From contig NW_021833809.1 in NCBI RefSeq assembly GCF_006345805.1, positions 1 through 52,026 on the forward strand: 52,026 bases of DNA, written 5' to 3'. The position numbers were made by a program, and so were the translations under genes. Below the pieces are notes generated by a model. The model had not been told where the DNA came from. It was given only the letters and a program-made list of their open reading frames with translations, and searched no databases. The DNA is from Octopus sinensis (Eukaryota). Shown here piece by piece: positions 12,706 through 23,785 of the stretch (position 1 is the stretch's first letter; every line of letters starts with the position of its first letter).

Positions 12706-13752
12706 AGAGGACATGTCTGTACCAGCACATACAAAGGAGAATATCTCTGTACAGGTGCATGCGATAGAGGACATGTCCATACCAGTGCATGCACTGGAAG
12801 ACATGTCTGTACCAGCACATGCAATGGAGAATATATCAGTACTGGTGCATGTGATGGAAGACATGTCTGTACCAGCATATGCGATGGAGGACATGTCCAT
12901 ACCAGTGCATGGAGAGGAGGGCATGTTCATACCTGCACATGTGATAGAGGACATGTCCATCCCAGTGTGTGCAGTGGAGGTCATGTCTGTACCAGCACAT
13001 GCAATAGAGAATATCTCTGTACCAGTGCATGTGATGGAAGACATGTCTGTACCAGTGCATACAGTGGAGGACATGTCCCTCCCAGTGTATGCAGTGGAGG
13101 ACATGTCCGTACCAGTGTATGCAGTGGAGGACATGTCCGTACCAGTGTATGCAGTGGAGGACATGTCCGTACCAGGGCATGGAGAGGAGGGCATGTTCAT
13201 ACCTGCACATGTGATGGAGGATATGTCCATCCCAGTGCATGCAGTGGAGGTCATGTATGTACCAGCACATGCAATAGAGGATATCTCTGTACCAGTGCAT
13301 GTGAAGGAAGACATGTCTGTACCAGTGTATGTAGTGGAGGACATGTCCGTACCAGTGCATGCAGTGGAGGACATGTCTGTACCAGTGCATGCAGTAGAGG
13401 ACATGTCTGTACCAGTGTATGCAGTGGAGGACATGTCCATACCAGTGCATGCAGTGGAGGTCATATCCATACCAGTACATGCAGTGGAGGACATGTCTGT
13501 ACCAGTGCATGCAGTGGAGGACATGTCTGCACCAGTGCATGCAGTGGAGGACATGCCTGCACCAGCATATGCAATGGCAGACATTTCAGTACCAGCACAT
13601 GCAAAGGAGGAAATCTCCATACCAGCGCATGGGGCAGAGGACATGTTTGTACCAGTGCATGCGATGGAGGACATGTCCATACCATGGACATGCGTACAGA
13701 CATGGTACAGACATGCGACGGAGGACATGTCTGTACCAGCACATGCAAGGGA
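12706..13752. repeat. 30-bp minisatellite, ~34 units (GGAGGACATGTCTGTACCAGTGCATGCAGT), with a 270-bp higher-order duplication
   Basis: Period 30; the diagnostic variant GGAGAGGAGGGCATGTTC occurs at 12911 and 13181. Confidence 0.95.
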
Positions 13753-14376
13753 TAGCTATGAGGTGGGATACACTGATGCATGTGCACATGCAGTTTTTTG
13801 TTGGTAATGTGCTGGTACCATCTGATGTTCTTGGTGCTTCTCAGGGCTCATCAAGAACATCACATGAGGCCAGACCTTAATCCAGTTTCTATGGCATTTA
13901 CGTAAATGAGATCATAACATCGCCCCACCACAACCACCACAACATGAACAGGACACTGGACCATTACAGGGTTAACTTTCCAGCTGTTGCTGGGACTCAC
14001 TTACAGGTGAGTAGACTGAGGCTGTGCAAAATGACGTGTAAGGTCTGTCATGAGACCTAAAGACCCATAAGGTCAGAGCTTGATCTGGTTTCGTTGATGT
14101 AATGCAATGCCACTCTCTGCCTCTGGAATTCGTTCCAGTACCTTCAGTAGAGAGTGTTGGTGTTATGAAGGGCATCCAGCAATAGGGACCCACAGCAAGT
14201 GAGATGTACAAATCGTAACACAGAATAAAAAAATCAATGAAATAATCTGGAACAATAATTATTCAGCTAACCCATGCTGATATGGAAAAATGGACGTAAA
14301 ATGGTGTAAAGTGGTGATAATGGTAATGATGGTAATGATGGTGGTGGTGGTGGTGTTGGGGGGGTGTTAGTGGCAG

Positions 14377-14440
<64 letters not shown>

Positions 14441-15047
14441 AGTGGTGGTGTTGGTGGGGATGATGGTGATGCTGATAACAATGGCAATGACGATGTTATT
14501 TTTCTAGGTTAAATTATGTCGAAGCATATAAATAGAGATGCCTGAGAAAAAAAACTATTTATATATATGTGTGTGTGTGTGTATGTGTCTGTGTGTGTGT
14601 GTGGTTGTCTGTGTGTGTGATTGTCTGTGTGTGTGATTGTCTGTGTGTGTATATGTATCCTGTTGTATTCTTGTTGACAGATTGGTCAACAAGATAAGAT
14701 GAATAAACTCTTTCTTCCATTGTCCAAAAATTATTGCTGTTCCCGCACACAGCCAAGATACAAATCTGGTAACATTGTATCACTGTGTTTTGTGTTCTGT
14801 GACATTATCTGGTTTTCACAGACCAGCATCATAATCCACAGAGTTACACAATATGATAGCAGCAGAAATGAAATATTTCATGGTACCTAGCAACAGCTAA
14901 TCATGCTGGGAATGTAATACATAAAGAAATTCGTGAATGAAAATGAAAGTGAAACTAAAATATAGTTAGTCTAGTAAATATGCTGGGAGTGGCTGTAAGC
15001 TGAGGCATGGATGAATGGTGGAGAACTTGGCTTTCCAGCAATGTGGT

Positions 15048-16010
15048 TTGAGCTGGCAGAATCGTTAGCACGCTGGGTGAAATGCGTAGCGGTATTTCGT
15101 CTGCCATTACGTTCTGAGTTCAAATTCTACCGAGGTCGACTTTGCCTTTCATCCTTTCGGAATCGATAAATTAAGTACCAGTTATGCACTGGGGTCGATG
15201 TAATCAACTTAATCGCTTTGTCTGTCCTTGTTTGTTCCCTTTGTGTTTAGCCCCTTGTGGGTAGTAAAGAAATAGGTATTTCGTCTGCCATTACGTTCTG
15301 AGTTCAAATTCGTCCGAGGTCGACTTTGCCTTTCATCCTTTCGGGGTCGATAAATTAAGTACCAGTTATGCACTGGGGTCGATGTAATCAACTTAATCGC
15401 TTTGTCTGTCCTTGTTTGTTCCCTTTGTGTTTAGCCCCTTGTGGGTAGTAAAGAAATAGGTATTTCGTCTGCCATTACGTTCTGAGTTCAAATTCGTCCG
15501 AGGTCGACTTTGCCTTTCATCCTTTCGGAATCGATAAATTAAGTACCAGTTATGCACTGGGGTCGATGTAATCAACTTAATCGCTTTGTCTGTCCTTGTT
15601 TGTTCCCTTGTGTTTAGCCCCTTGTGGTAGTAAAGAAATAGGTATTTCGTTTGCCGTTACGTTCTGAGTTCAAATTCGTCCGAGGTCGACTTTGCCTTTC
15701 ATCCTTTCGGGGTCGATAAATTAAGTACCAGTTATGCACTGGGGTCGATGTAATCAACTTAATCGCTTTGTCTGTCCTTGTTTGTTCCCTTTGTGTTTAG
15801 CCCCTTGTGGGTAGTAAAGAAATAGGTATTTCGTTTGCCGTTACGTTCTGAGTTCAAATTCGTCCGAGGTCGACTTTGCCTTTCATCCTTTCGGGGTCGA
15901 TAAATTAAGTACCAGTTATGCACTGGGGTCGATGTAATCAATTTAATCCGTTTGTCTGTCCTTGTTTTTCCTCTCTGTGTTTAGCCCCTTGTGGGTCGTA
16001 AAGAAATAGG
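15048..16010 (+). mobile_element. Deu/Nin-domain SINE: one head followed by 5 tandem ~184-bp body units
   Basis: Unit starts at 15092, 15276, 15460, 15642 and 15826; the GCCTTTCATCCTTTCGGGGTCGATAAATTAAGTACC motif resembles the Deu/Nin domain. Confidence 0.85.
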
Positions 16011-16056
16011 TTATGGGTTCAGTCCAAGTGCAGGGCACCTTGACCAAATATCTTCT

Positions 16057-16472
16057 TATTTCTTTATTGCCCACAAGAGGCTAAACACAGAGGGGACAAA
16101 CAAGGACAGACAAACGGATTAAGTCGATTATATCGACCCCAGTACATAACTGGTACTTAATTTATCGACCCCAAAAGGATTAAAGGCAAAGTCGACCTCG
16201 GCAGAATTTGAACCCAGAATGTAACAGCAGACGAAATATCTATTTCTTTACTACCCACAAGGGGCTAAACACAGAGGGAACAAACAAGGACAGACAAATG
16301 GATTAAGTCGATTATATCGACCCCAGTGTGTAACTGGTACTTATTTAATCGACCCCGAAAGTATGAAAGGCAAGGTCGACCTCGGACGAATTTGAACTCA
16401 GAACGTAACAGCAGATGAAATACCGCTAAGTATTTCACCCAGCATATTTCGCCAGCTCACCGTCTTTATCTT
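16057..16472 (-). mobile_element. Deu/Nin-domain SINE dimer with an 18-bp TSD, inside an old CORE-like SINE
   Basis: CTTGACCAAATATCTTCT at 16039-16056 and 16473-16490. Confidence 0.85.
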
Positions 16473-16776
16473 CTTGACCAAATATCTTCTACTGTAGCTC
16501 TGAGCTTACTAAAACTTTATCACCTCATCTTTATATGTTAATCTTGGCTTTCCTGCTGAAGAAAGCTTCACCAATGTAAATTATTTTATTTACTAAAGAT
16601 TGCTTGAAACCATGGTACAGGAAATAGAGGGTAAATGTTTTTATTTTTCATTCCCTTTCGAAATTACCCCTAATAGTGATTTGTAGTTTAACTACTCCTT
16701 CTAGCGGGTCAGATGTCCTGTTATGTTCATCTCTTATGTATTTAAATGTACACTGTATTTATATATATATATATTT

Positions 16777-17162
16777 TTACTTGTTTCAGTCATTTGACTG
16801 CGGCCATGCTGGAGCACCGCCTTTAGTCAAGCAAATCGAACCCAGGACTTATTCTTTGTAAGCCCAGTACTTATTCGGTCTCTTTTGCCGAACCGCTAAG
16901 TTACAGGGACATAAACACAGCAGCATCGGTTGTCAAGCGATGTTGGGGAGGACAAACACAGACACACAAACACAGACACACATACACACAAATATATATA
17001 TACATATATACGACAGGCTTCTTTCAGTTTCCGTCTACCAAATCCACTCACAAGGCATTGGTTGGCCCAGGGCTATAGCAGAAGATACTTGCCCAAGATG
17101 CCATGCAGTGGGACTGAATCCGGAACCATGTGGTTGGTTAGCAAGCTACTTGCCACACAGCC
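16777..17162 (-). mobile_element. CORE-like SINE
   Basis: Family match. Confidence 0.85.
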
Positions 17163-17522
17163 ACACACACACACATATATAGGCATCATGTATTTGTGAG
17201 TGCATCATAAGTGCATTGCACATAACACTCACACCTTGAGTCACTTCTTTAAATATCTTGCAACTTATTAATGTTTGTATAATACTCTCATGTATTAAGT
17301 CCATGTCTGGTGCAAACTAATTATCATAATTTATTCACATTCCTATGTACAAAATTTTAATGGATTAAATTTTGCCAATGGAGACTAGCTCTAGTTTCTT
17401 TGGATTAATTTACAAGATGTACGAGTTTCCTTGTCTTCAGCAGAAACACTCCAATGAAACACTTTGTTCATCTTTATTATAAGCTTTTGAATATACCAAA
17501 AAAAAAAAAAAAATTTCTGTGC

Positions 17523-17595
17523 AGCCCCCAGTGAGAATCGAACTCACGACCCCTGGTTTACAAGACCAGTGCTCTAACCTCTGAGCTATGGAGGC
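17523..17595 (-). tRNA. trnT-UGU: tRNA-Thr(UGU), T-loop TTCGATT
   Basis: Intact cloverleaf, long T-run terminator. Confidence 0.95.
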
Positions 17596-18155
17596 ACACT
17601 CTCTCAGTAGGCATTTATAGTACTATTTAAATCTTTTTCTTTTATCTATTTATATGAGGATCACATATTCACCATGTGTTGTGTATTGATAGTCAGTGTG
17701 TGTATGTGTGCATATGTGTGTTTGTGTGTGTGTGTGCGTGTGTGTGTGTGTATACATGTCTATGTGTCGTCACAGGTTCAGGGTGGAGACAAATTGATTT
17801 AATGTGGTAATTGAATCAGTGAAATGTTTGGCAGGGCACACCCATAGCTTTCTGGCAGAAGTAGCTCTAACTGCCAACACAACCACCACCACCACCACCA
17901 CCACCACCACCACCACCACCTCCACCACTGCCATCATCATCATCATCATCATCATCGCCAACAGATAATGTGCCTGATTGTTTTGTGTGGTGTGAAAGTC
18001 CCAGGTCAGTTGAATTTCAGGTTGATACAGGTTACTGAGATGACCAAGCATATATCTAAGATTGAGGATTGACCTTCAGGTCAAACATTCTGTCTGTCTG
18101 TCTGTCTGTCTGTTTCTCTCAGTCTGTCTTCTTGCTCTCTCACACACACACACAC

Positions 18156-18226
<71 letters not shown>

Positions 18227-18661
18227 CTATCTGTTTATCTATCTCTCTGTCTGTGTATCTATCTATGTGTCTGTCTGTCTGTCTAGACAGACAGACAAAC
18301 AAACAGGTAGGTAGATAGATAGGTAGATAGATGCTGGTTGCTAGACCTGAAGGTTAATCCTCAATCTTAGATTTATGCTTGGTCCTATCAGTAACCTGTA
18401 TCAACCTGAAACTCAACTGACCTGTGACCTTCACCCAAGACAATGAGGCGCATAATCTGCTGGCGATAATGATGATGATGATGATTATGATGATGGCGGT
18501 GGTGGTCGTGGTGGTGGTGGTGGTGGTTGTGGTGGTGGTCATTAGAGCTACCACTTGAGAAAGTTAAGGGTGTGCCCTGTCAAACAGCTTACTTATTCAT
18601 TTGCCATTTTAACCAACGTGTCACCACCCTGAATCTGTGGTGACACATGGACATGTACACG

Positions 18662-18700
<39 letters not shown>

Positions 18701-18822
18701 TCACATACACAGTAACTGTCAATACAGAACACATGGTGGATATGTGATCCTCATATAAATAGATAAAAAAGATAAAAAGAATGAGAATTATATAGTTCTA
18801 TAAATGCCTTCTGTTGGTGTGA

Positions 18823-18895
18823 GCCTCCATAGCTCAGAGGTTAGAGCACTGGTCTTGTAAACCAGGGGTCGTGAGTTCAATTCTCACTGGGGGCT
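18823..18895 (+). tRNA. trnT-UGU: tRNA-Thr(UGU), consensus
   Basis: Intact cloverleaf, T9 downstream. Confidence 0.95.
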
Positions 18896-19221
18896 TCATG
18901 AAGGATTTTTTTTTTCTATATTTAACTGCTCATAATAAGGATAAACCAAGTGCTTTATTGCTGCAGTTCTCTTAGCTTCACTCTAATGATTTTGCAGACA
19001 GGAAATGTAAATTAATCCAAACGAAGTGGAGCTAGTCTCTCTTGGCAAAATTTAATCTATTCAAATTTTGTACATAGAAATATAAATAAATTATGATAAT
19101 TAGTTTGCCTAGTAAAGTGAACTCAGCACATAATATGCCTTTCATTTCATATACACACCCATACATATACACATACATACACACAAACATACATACATAC
19201 ATATATCTGTTCTTTTATCTT

Positions 19222-19657
19222 ATACTCGTTTCAGTCATTAGACTGAGGCCATGCTGGGGCACAGCCATGAAAAGTTTGCAGTTGAGTCAATTAATTGAAG
19301 TACTTGGTTTTTTTTTAATGTTTTTGTTAAGTCTGGTACTTATTCTATCGATCTCTTTTGCCAAACCACTAGGTTACAGGGACATACACACACCAACACC
19401 TGTAGTCAGTGGCTGTAGGGGATAGACACAGACACAGACATACTCAGACACACACACACTCACACACACACACACATGCATACACACATACACACATATA
19501 CAATGGGCTTCATTCAGTTTCCATCTACTATATCTACTCACAAAGTTTTGGTCGGCCCAAAGCTATATTAGAAGGCACTTACTTAAGGTGCCCTGCAGTG
19601 GGACTGAATCCAGAACTATGCTGTTGGTAAGCAACCTTTTTAACACACAGCCACTCC
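19222..19657 (-). mobile_element. Diverged CORE-like SINE
   Basis: Family match. Confidence 0.75.
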
Positions 19658-19689
19658 ATACATATATATATACATTTCCTTTCGAGTGG

Positions 19690-20095
19690 GCCTCACAGAG
19701 GCAATATAGCTGAGTTCCTTTTGAGCATAGGGCCTCATGTAGGCAAAGTGGCCAAGCTCCTAGGCCACATAGAGGCAAAGTGGCCAAGCTTCTGGGCCAC
19801 ATGGAGGCAAAGTGGCCAAGCTACTGGTCCACATAGAGGCAAAGTGGCCAAGCTCCTGGGCCACATGGAGGAAAAATGGCCAAGCTCCTGGGCCACATGG
19901 AGGCAAAGTGGCTGAGTTTGTTTCAAGTGTTGGGCCTCACAGAGGCAAGGTGGCTGAGTTCCTTCGAACAGGCTTCATAGAGTTCAAATGAGCCTTCATG
20001 GAGGCAAGATGGCTGAGTTCTTTCGAGTGCTGGGCCTCATAGTGGCAAAGTTGCTGAGCTCCTTTCAAGTGCTGGGCCTCACGGAGGCAATGACC
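19690..20095. repeat. 32-bp minisatellite (CATAGAGGCAAAGTGGCCAAGCTCCTGGGCCA), degenerating on both sides
   Basis: Period 32 between ~19735 and 19915; longer variant units flank it. Confidence 0.85.
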
Positions 20096-20478
20096 AAGAC
20101 CTTTGGCATTGAGTGGTGCTTAAGAAGGCGACCCATCAAGCTGAAAAAAAATCATAGTCGTGGCAGATACTGGTGTCATGCAAATAGCACCCATGCCAGT
20201 GGCACATAAAAAAACCCTGGTGTCACACAAAGGGCACCCATGCTGGTGGCATGTAAAAGCATCCATTACACTTTTGGAATGGTTGGTGTTAGGAAGGGCA
20301 TCCAGCCATAGAAAACCATGCCAAATCAGACTACCAGCATGCCAGCTCTGGTTTAAATTGTCCAACCCATGCCAGCATGGACAACAGATGCTAAATGATG
20401 ATGATGATGATGATCATAATGATACATACATACATACTTACATACATGCATACAAACTTTAAACCACATAAGATTTAA

Positions 20479-21098
20479 CCCTTTCGTTACCAACCCGGCT
20501 GAAACTGCCTCTGGCTCTGTAGTACAAATGTCTTGTTTTCATAAGTTTTGAATTAAAATCTTCCACCAAAACTTAGTCACAACTAGCAGTATCGCCCGGC
20601 ATTGCTCGGGTTTGTAAGGGAAATAACTATATAAGCATTTTTAGAGATGTAAAGTATAATAGCCATCTCAATATGGCTAACCACAAAGGAGGGGGGTTAA
20701 TGTAGCTTTTTACGTTCTGAGATTTAATGATACATTTTTAGAGAGTTACTTCCCTTATATAATAGCAAAAAAATGCATTAAAAATGGGAAAAAATGATGG
20801 TAAATTTTTTTTTAAATCGTAGACTCATCGTAGACGCGCGCTAATACCCAGAAGGGCTCGATATGAATCACGACTATAAGATACCCGCTTTTGGTTACAC
20901 TGCACTGCAAAATGTGGGAGTAGTTAGGAATCTAAATCGTAGGAGACAGACACCACACAACCGCACTTTTATATATATAGATTTACGTTCCCTACACTGA
21001 CTGAATGATAATTAAGTTATTTTACTAAATTCTTTGTTAGATTTAAAGTAATTGAAAGAAACACAGAGCATCTCAAAATAAATACAGTAACGAAAGGG
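20479..21098. mobile_element. piggyBac-like MITE interrupted by a Helitron
   Basis: TTAA|CCCTTTCGTTAC ... GTAACGAAAGGG|TTAA, perfect 12-bp TIR. Confidence 0.9.
20583..20981 (-). mobile_element. Non-autonomous Helitron
   Basis: Minus strand: A|TCTATATATAT 5' end; CCCGAGCAATGCCGGG subterminal hairpin; CTAG|T 3' end; no TSD. Confidence 0.85.
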
Positions 21099-21249
21099 TT
21101 AATGAATGGCGACAAACATTTATATAGTAAAGTATTATTCAACTGTTGTAAAGCAAAGCTGGGCAAGTTTCATTCCCTCTTTCTGCTACCAGTTACCCTT
21201 CTTCTTGGAAGAACTTCCTTTCAACGTCCATCCCTTATTCTCTTCATCA

Positions 21250-21655
21250 TCATCATCATCATCATCATCGTTTAGCGTCCGTTCTCCATGCTGGCATGGG
21301 TTGGACAGTTCAACTGGGATCTGGGAAGCCAGAAGGCTGCACCAAGCCCAGTCTGATCTGGCAATGTTTCTACGGCTGGATGCCCTTCCTTATGCCAACC
21401 ACTCCATGAGTGTAGTGGGTGCTTTTTACGTGCCACCGGCACAGGTGCCAGACGAGTCTGGCAAACGGCCACGATCGGATGGTGCTTTTTATGTGCCACC
21501 GGCACAGGGGCCAGGCGAGGCTGGCAATGGCCACGAACGGATGGTGCTTTTTACGTGCCTCCGGCACGAGGCCAGTCGGGGCGTCGCTGGCAACAGCCAC
21601 GTTCGGATGGTTCTCTTACGTACCACCGGCACTGGTATCTCAGCTGTAATTTCCA
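21250..21655 (-). mobile_element. (GAT)n-tailed LINE 3'-UTR-type element (RTE-like) with a ~63-bp VNTR
   Basis: GGAAGGGCATCCAGCCGTAG motif and (GAT)n tail; VNTR units at ~21421, 21484, 21546 and 21610. Related pieces at ~4700, 20260, 41930 and 43815. Confidence 0.65.
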
Positions 21656-21765
21656 TTGATCGATTTCGATTCTGATTCCCTTTCCAATTTACTTTCTAAT
21701 GATCATCCCTTTCCTTGCTACCAGTAATCTCTCCCTGTCCCCTCAGCTACATCTTACGGCTACCA

Positions 21766-21968
21766 TGGCAGAAACATTAGCAATGCGTAGTCGTATTTTG
21801 TCTGCCGTTACATTCTGTGTTCAAATTCCGCCGAGGTCGACTTTGCCTTTCATCCTATAAATTAAGTACCAGTTACGCACTGGGGTCGATGTAATTGACT
21901 TAATCCGTTTGTCTGTCATTGTTTGTCCCCTCTGTGTTTAGCCCCTTGTGGGCAATAAAGAAACACAT
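21766..21968 (+). mobile_element. Deu/Nin-domain SINE
   Basis: Family match. Confidence 0.8.
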
Positions 21969-21985
21969 ATCTCATTCTTAATACC

Positions 21986-22226
21986 TATTTTTTAAATTTT
22001 TTACTACCCACAAGGGGCTAAACACAGAGTGGACAAACAAGGACAGACAAACGGATTAAGTCGATTGTATCGACCCCAGTGCGTAACTGGTACTTAATTA
22101 ATCGACCTCGAAAGGATGAAAGGAAATGTCGACCTCGGTGGAATTTGAACTCAGACCGTATCGGCAGACGAAATACCGCTGAGTATTTCGCCCGGCTTGC
22201 TAACGATTCTGCCAGCTCGCCGCCTT
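21986..22226 (-). mobile_element. Full-length Deu/Nin-domain SINE directly 3' of the 5S copy
   Basis: Head AAGGCGGCGAGCTGGCAGAATCGTTAG, domain and A-rich tail. Confidence 0.9.
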
Positions 22227-22240
22227 AAACAATGTGCTAT

Positions 22241-22358
22241 GCTTACTGCACCTAGGTTTCCCAAGCGGTCACCCATCTAAGTACTGATTAGGCTCGAGGT
22301 TGCTTAACTTCGGTGATCAGACCAGAACTGGTGCTTTCAGCGTGACCTGGCCGTAAGC
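22241..22358 (-). rRNA. 5S rRNA: Full-length 5S rRNA-like copy, probably a pseudogene or SINE head
   Basis: GCTTACGGCCA...GATCACCGAAGTTAAGCAAC..AGTACTTAGATGGGTGACCGCTTGGGAA..GGTGCAGTAAGC, 118 nt; helix I pairs; box A/C recognisable; no T4 terminator; single copy. Confidence 0.9.
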
Positions 22359-22565
22359 AATCTCATTCTTAACACCCTTTCATATCTGCCACTGATGCTG
22401 CCCACACACACATATTTGATTGCCACAAACACACTAAATCCATCCCAACATACCTCTGACCTCCATCTCTGTCACTGTGTTTCTCACTCTCTTCTCCTCC
22501 TACTCACCCACTCCACACGTAATCTCCTTACTCCTACTCTACCTACACTTTTATCATACTGCAAT

Positions 22566-22591
22566 AATCAATAGATCCAACATATGGTGAA
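22566..22591 (+). promoter_or_regulatory. Conserved upstream element at -85 (AATCAATAGATCCAACATATGGTGAA), with GTAAATAGCA 50 bp downstream
   Basis: Shared with most tRNA-Thr copies in the window. Confidence 0.55.
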
Positions 22592-22650
22592 CATCAGAGA
22601 AATAAAGAAAAGGATGTAAATAGCAATATAACAATACCATTAGTGTACAA

Positions 22651-22723
22651 GCCTCCATAGCTCAGAGGTTAGAGCACTGGTCTTGTAAACCAGGGGTCGT
22701 GAGTTCGATTCTCACTGGGGGCT
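22651..22723 (+). tRNA. trnT-UGU: tRNA-Thr(UGU), T-loop TTCGATT
   Basis: Intact, T11 downstream. Confidence 0.95.
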
Positions 22724-22867
22724 TTGTGTCAATTTTTTTTTTTAATATCTTACCTTACTTCCAGTTGCCATTCATCATGATCATCATTGTTTTCATCAGC
22801 TTCATCTTAACATCAACTTTTCTATAACAGCATTGGTCAGACAGACCAATGTCAAGTGACTCTCTCT

Positions 22868-23288
22868 CTTTACTCTTTTACTTGTTTTTTCAGTCATGTG
22901 ACTGTGGCCATGCTGGAGCACCGCCTTTAGTCGAGCAAATCGACCCCAGGACTTATTATTTGTAAGCCCAGTACTTATTCTATCGGTCTCTTTTGCTGAA
23001 CCGCCAAGTTATGGGAAAGTAAACACACCAGCATCGGTTGTCAAGTGATGTTAGGGGGGGGGGAAACACAAACACAGACACACAAACATATACACACAAA
23101 CATACACGCACGCATATACATATACATATATACAACAGGCTTCTTTCAGTTTCCGTCTACCAAATCACTCACAAGGCTTTGGTCGGCCCGAGGCTATAGT
23201 AGAAGACACTTGCCCAAGGTGCCACGTTGTGGGATTGAACCCGGAACCATGTGGTTGGTAAGCAAGCTACTTACCACACAGCCACTCC
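22868..23288 (-). mobile_element. CORE-like SINE (duplicated at 24940-25346 and partly at 26850-27150)
   Basis: Family match. Confidence 0.85.
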
Positions 23289-23395
23289 TACGCTAAGATG
23301 ATTCAGCAGAGAAACCAAGTGTTTCAACTGGTTTTTTGGCAGTCGGTTGAAAGGGAGAATCAACAGGAAGAGAAAACGTCTAATTTATTTGGACA

Positions 23396-23785
23396 TGGAT
23401 GGATGGAAGCACTCCGTCGGTTACGACGACGAGGGTTCCGGTTGATCCGATCAACGGAACAGCCTGCTCGTGAAAATAACGTGTAAGTGGCTGAGCACTC
23501 CACAGACATGTGTACCCTTAACGTAGTTCTCGGGGATATTCAGCGTGACACAGAGAGTGACAAGGCCGGCCCTTTGAAATACAGGTACAACAGAAACATG
23601 AAAAAAGAGTGAGAGAAAGTTGTGGTGACGGAGTACAGCAGGGATCACCACCATCCCCTGCCAGAGCCTCGTGGAGCTTTAGGTGTTTTCGTTCAATAAA
23701 CACTCACAACGCCCGGTCTGGGAATTGAAACCGCGATCCTATGACCGCGAGTCCGCTACCCTAACCACTGGGCCATTGCGCCTCC
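23396..23785 (-). mobile_element. tRNA-head SINE (third family, CCAT tail) with 12-bp TSD
   Basis: Head GGAGGCGCAATGGCCCAGTGGTTAGG..GGTTTCAATTCC; TTTATTTGGACA at 23384-23395 and 23786-23797; duplicated at ~25455-25845. Confidence 0.85.

Larger units (their letters stand above)
17312..19108. repeat. Imperfect ~770-bp-arm palindrome carrying two divergently oriented tRNA-Thr genes
   Basis: 17312-18082 aligns to the reverse complement of 18344-19108; microsatellite spacer. Confidence 0.9.

Noticed and set aside
15092-16010. CRISPR-like array (184-bp period; also the spaced tRNA repeats)
   Set aside because: Units are wholly repeated SINE bodies with no unique spacers, no cas genes, and a eukaryotic context.
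22241-22358. Functional 5S rRNA gene or 5S array
   Set aside because: Single copy, no T-run terminator, substitutions in the box C/helix region, and enclosed with a SINE by a direct repeat.
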